From: Basidioascus undulatus
Lineage: Eukaryota
DNA length: 37,326 nt
Assembly (NCBI GenBank): GCA_000826855.1
Contig: JTLS01000051.1
Location: 1-37,326, forward strand
Reading direction: 5' to 3'
Below, in pieces: positions 35,566 to 37,326 of the stretch. The first letter of the stretch is position 1. The number at the start of each line of letters is the position of its first letter. A model generated the notes under the pieces. That model was not told where the DNA came from. It was given only the letters and a program-made list of their open reading frames with translations, and did no database searches. The translations under genes were made by a program, and so were the position numbers.

Positions 35566-36133
35566 CCCTTTTTCTTTGCCGCGCGGGGAGGGAGAGAATG
35601 GGCGCTCGGGGAAGTGGGTGGCGGGTTGATGACTTGATGACTTGATTGGTTGATGGTTGATGAGGGCGCGTTCCCAAAACGAACGAACGAATACACGATT
35701 TTACGACACGCTTATGTAATGAGCAGATGCACATTCTTTTTGGTCGCATAGCGCGCGTTCTTCTGGTTCTGCGAGAATGACATCAGCTAGGGTTGACCAT
35801 GGAAGGTCACACAGTGGTACATGAGCGAGCGGTGACGTTTGTTGAGAATAGTCCAGCAGGACCGTCTGGGCAAGCAACCTTTTTTGCGTCCATTCGACGA
35901 GATGGAAGACATACGAAAGCGAAAGCGTTCGTGGCGGTTTGTTTCCGCTCTCCTGAGCGAGTCACGGATTCTCACGCATCGCCATGTGATTCTGTCCAGG
36001 AGCTTGCAGCGCGTGGTTGCTTCCGCTACTGCAGCCGTCTTCTCTTTCCGTCGTTGACTCACATCGATAGCATCCTCAAAGTCCAAGCGTTCCATCTGCT
36101 CGTTCTTGCTCTCTCCATCCCCCCCTCGTCTGC

Positions 36134-37326
36134 ATGTCGCCGTACACTGCGCCCAGCGCGTGGTCGCCCAGCTCGTGGCGCACCAAACCGATAGCGCAGA
36201 CGGTCGAGTACCCAGACCCAGCAGCCCTCGAGTCGTGCGTCTTCACGTTCCTTTTTTCCTGTTGTGCTCTCCTCCCCTTACGCGTACCGCCCTGGAACCA
36301 CGCAGGACCCTTTCCCAGCTACGCGTGCTCCCCCCGCTCGTGACCCCCACCGAGGTCGAGCGGCTCCTCGTCCAGCTCGCGTCCGTCCAGCGCGGCGAGG
36401 CCTTCCTCCTCCAGGGCGGCGATTGTGCGGAGGCGTTCGCCTATGCCAATGCGCGCGATATCGAGAGCAAGCTCAAGCTCATGCTCCTCATGAGCTTGGT
36501 CATCGTGTGGGGCGCGAGGACACCCGTCGTGAGGGTTCTCCGGGGCGCGGGCCAATATGCGAAGCCGAGGAGCAAGGTGCGTTTGTCTTCTTTCTGAGGG
36601 AGAAACGCTTTGGGAGAAGGGTGGCATGGATGAGGAACTGAGCCACTGGGACGTGGAAAACAGCCGACAGAAGTGGTCGACGGTGTCGAGATCCCCTCGT
36701 ACCGGTGTGTCTTTTGTCACTTTCCCCCTTCCCTCTGCGTCCCTCCCCCTTATCTCTCCTCCCTCCCCTAGGGGCGACATAATCAACTCCCCCTCCCCCG
36801 CCGCCTCCTCGCGGACCCCAGACCCCGCGCGGCTCCTCCAAGCTTACTTTTACAGCACCTCGACGCTCAACTACCTCCGCGCGCTCCTCGCGTCCTCGTT
36901 CGCGGACGTGCACGCCCCGCGCGCGTGGTCGTTCGCGCACGTGCGCGACCCAGACCTCCAGCAGGAGTTCGAGGACGTCGTGGACGACCTCGCGGACGCG
37001 ATGGACTTTATGCGCGTGCTTGGCGCTGAGGAGGAGGGGCGCGAGGGGAAGAAGGCGGGGACGGAGGGCGTGCTGGGGACGGTGGACTTGTTCACCAGGT
37101 CAGTTACTGCTTTCACCTTTCCCCTTTCTCCCTTCGCCCCTTCCTCGCCCCCTTTTCTCCTCCCACCCCTTCCTCCATGACTCATCATCCCTCTCAACAG
37201 CCACGAAGGCCTCCTCCTCGAGTACGAGTCCGCCCTAACGCGGCACCTGCCCATCCCATCTTTCCCTCTGCCACCGAGGCCACGAGATATTCGCTGGAGT
37301 GCGGGTTCCCTACCGACGGGCTTGTT
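36134..37326 (+). CDS. Class II DAHP synthase (3-deoxy-7-phosphoheptulonate synthase), 3'-truncated by window end
   Basis: WSPSSWRTKPIAQTVEYPD, LPPLVTPTEV, AFLLQGGDCAEAF, RGAGQYAKPRS, PSYR|GDIIN, PDPARLLQAYFYSTSTLNYLR, FT|SHEGLLLEYESALTR are class II DAHPS motifs. Confidence 0.95.

Noticed and set aside
35626..35663. TTGATGAC/TTGATGG micro-repeats after DAL1
   Set aside because: Ordinary low-complexity 3' UTR sequence, not an array with spacers.
20155..37326. Metabolic gene cluster (pyruvate kinase and DAHP synthase both use PEP; transporter; allantoinase)
   Set aside because: The genes are interspersed with unrelated housekeeping genes and form no coherent pathway.

Overview
GC-rich, intron-dense fungal chromosomal DNA, most likely basidiomycete (GTGCGT/GTGAGT donors, GCTGAC branch sites; Pucciniomycotina-like is inference). 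Twelve apparently intact spliced genes: NDUFS5-like complex I subunit (-), COG6 (-), SEN15 (-), GCN2 (+), a MIX14/CHCHD5-like protein (-), pyruvate kinase (-), a GPR1/FUN34/YaaH transporter (-), VPS28 (-), SEC17 (+), MTQ2 (-), allantoinase (+), and a class II DAHP synthase (+) that runs off the right end. An intronless initiator tRNA-Met gene lies at 7872-7943. There are three pseudogenes: an F-box/LRR-like gene and a protein-kinase-like gene on either side of the tRNA, and a decayed tandem copy of the transporter. I saw no transposase, CRISPR array or rRNA, and no unambiguous new multi-gene system. Best leads: the decayed tRNA-centred island, a signal-anchor-like extension on allantoinase, an in-frame GC-AG intron beside the GCN2 catalytic lysine, and a precise intron difference between the transporter paralogs. 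Gene models were spliced by eye and identities come from remembered family motifs, not database searches. CDS coordinates are start-to-stop spans including introns.
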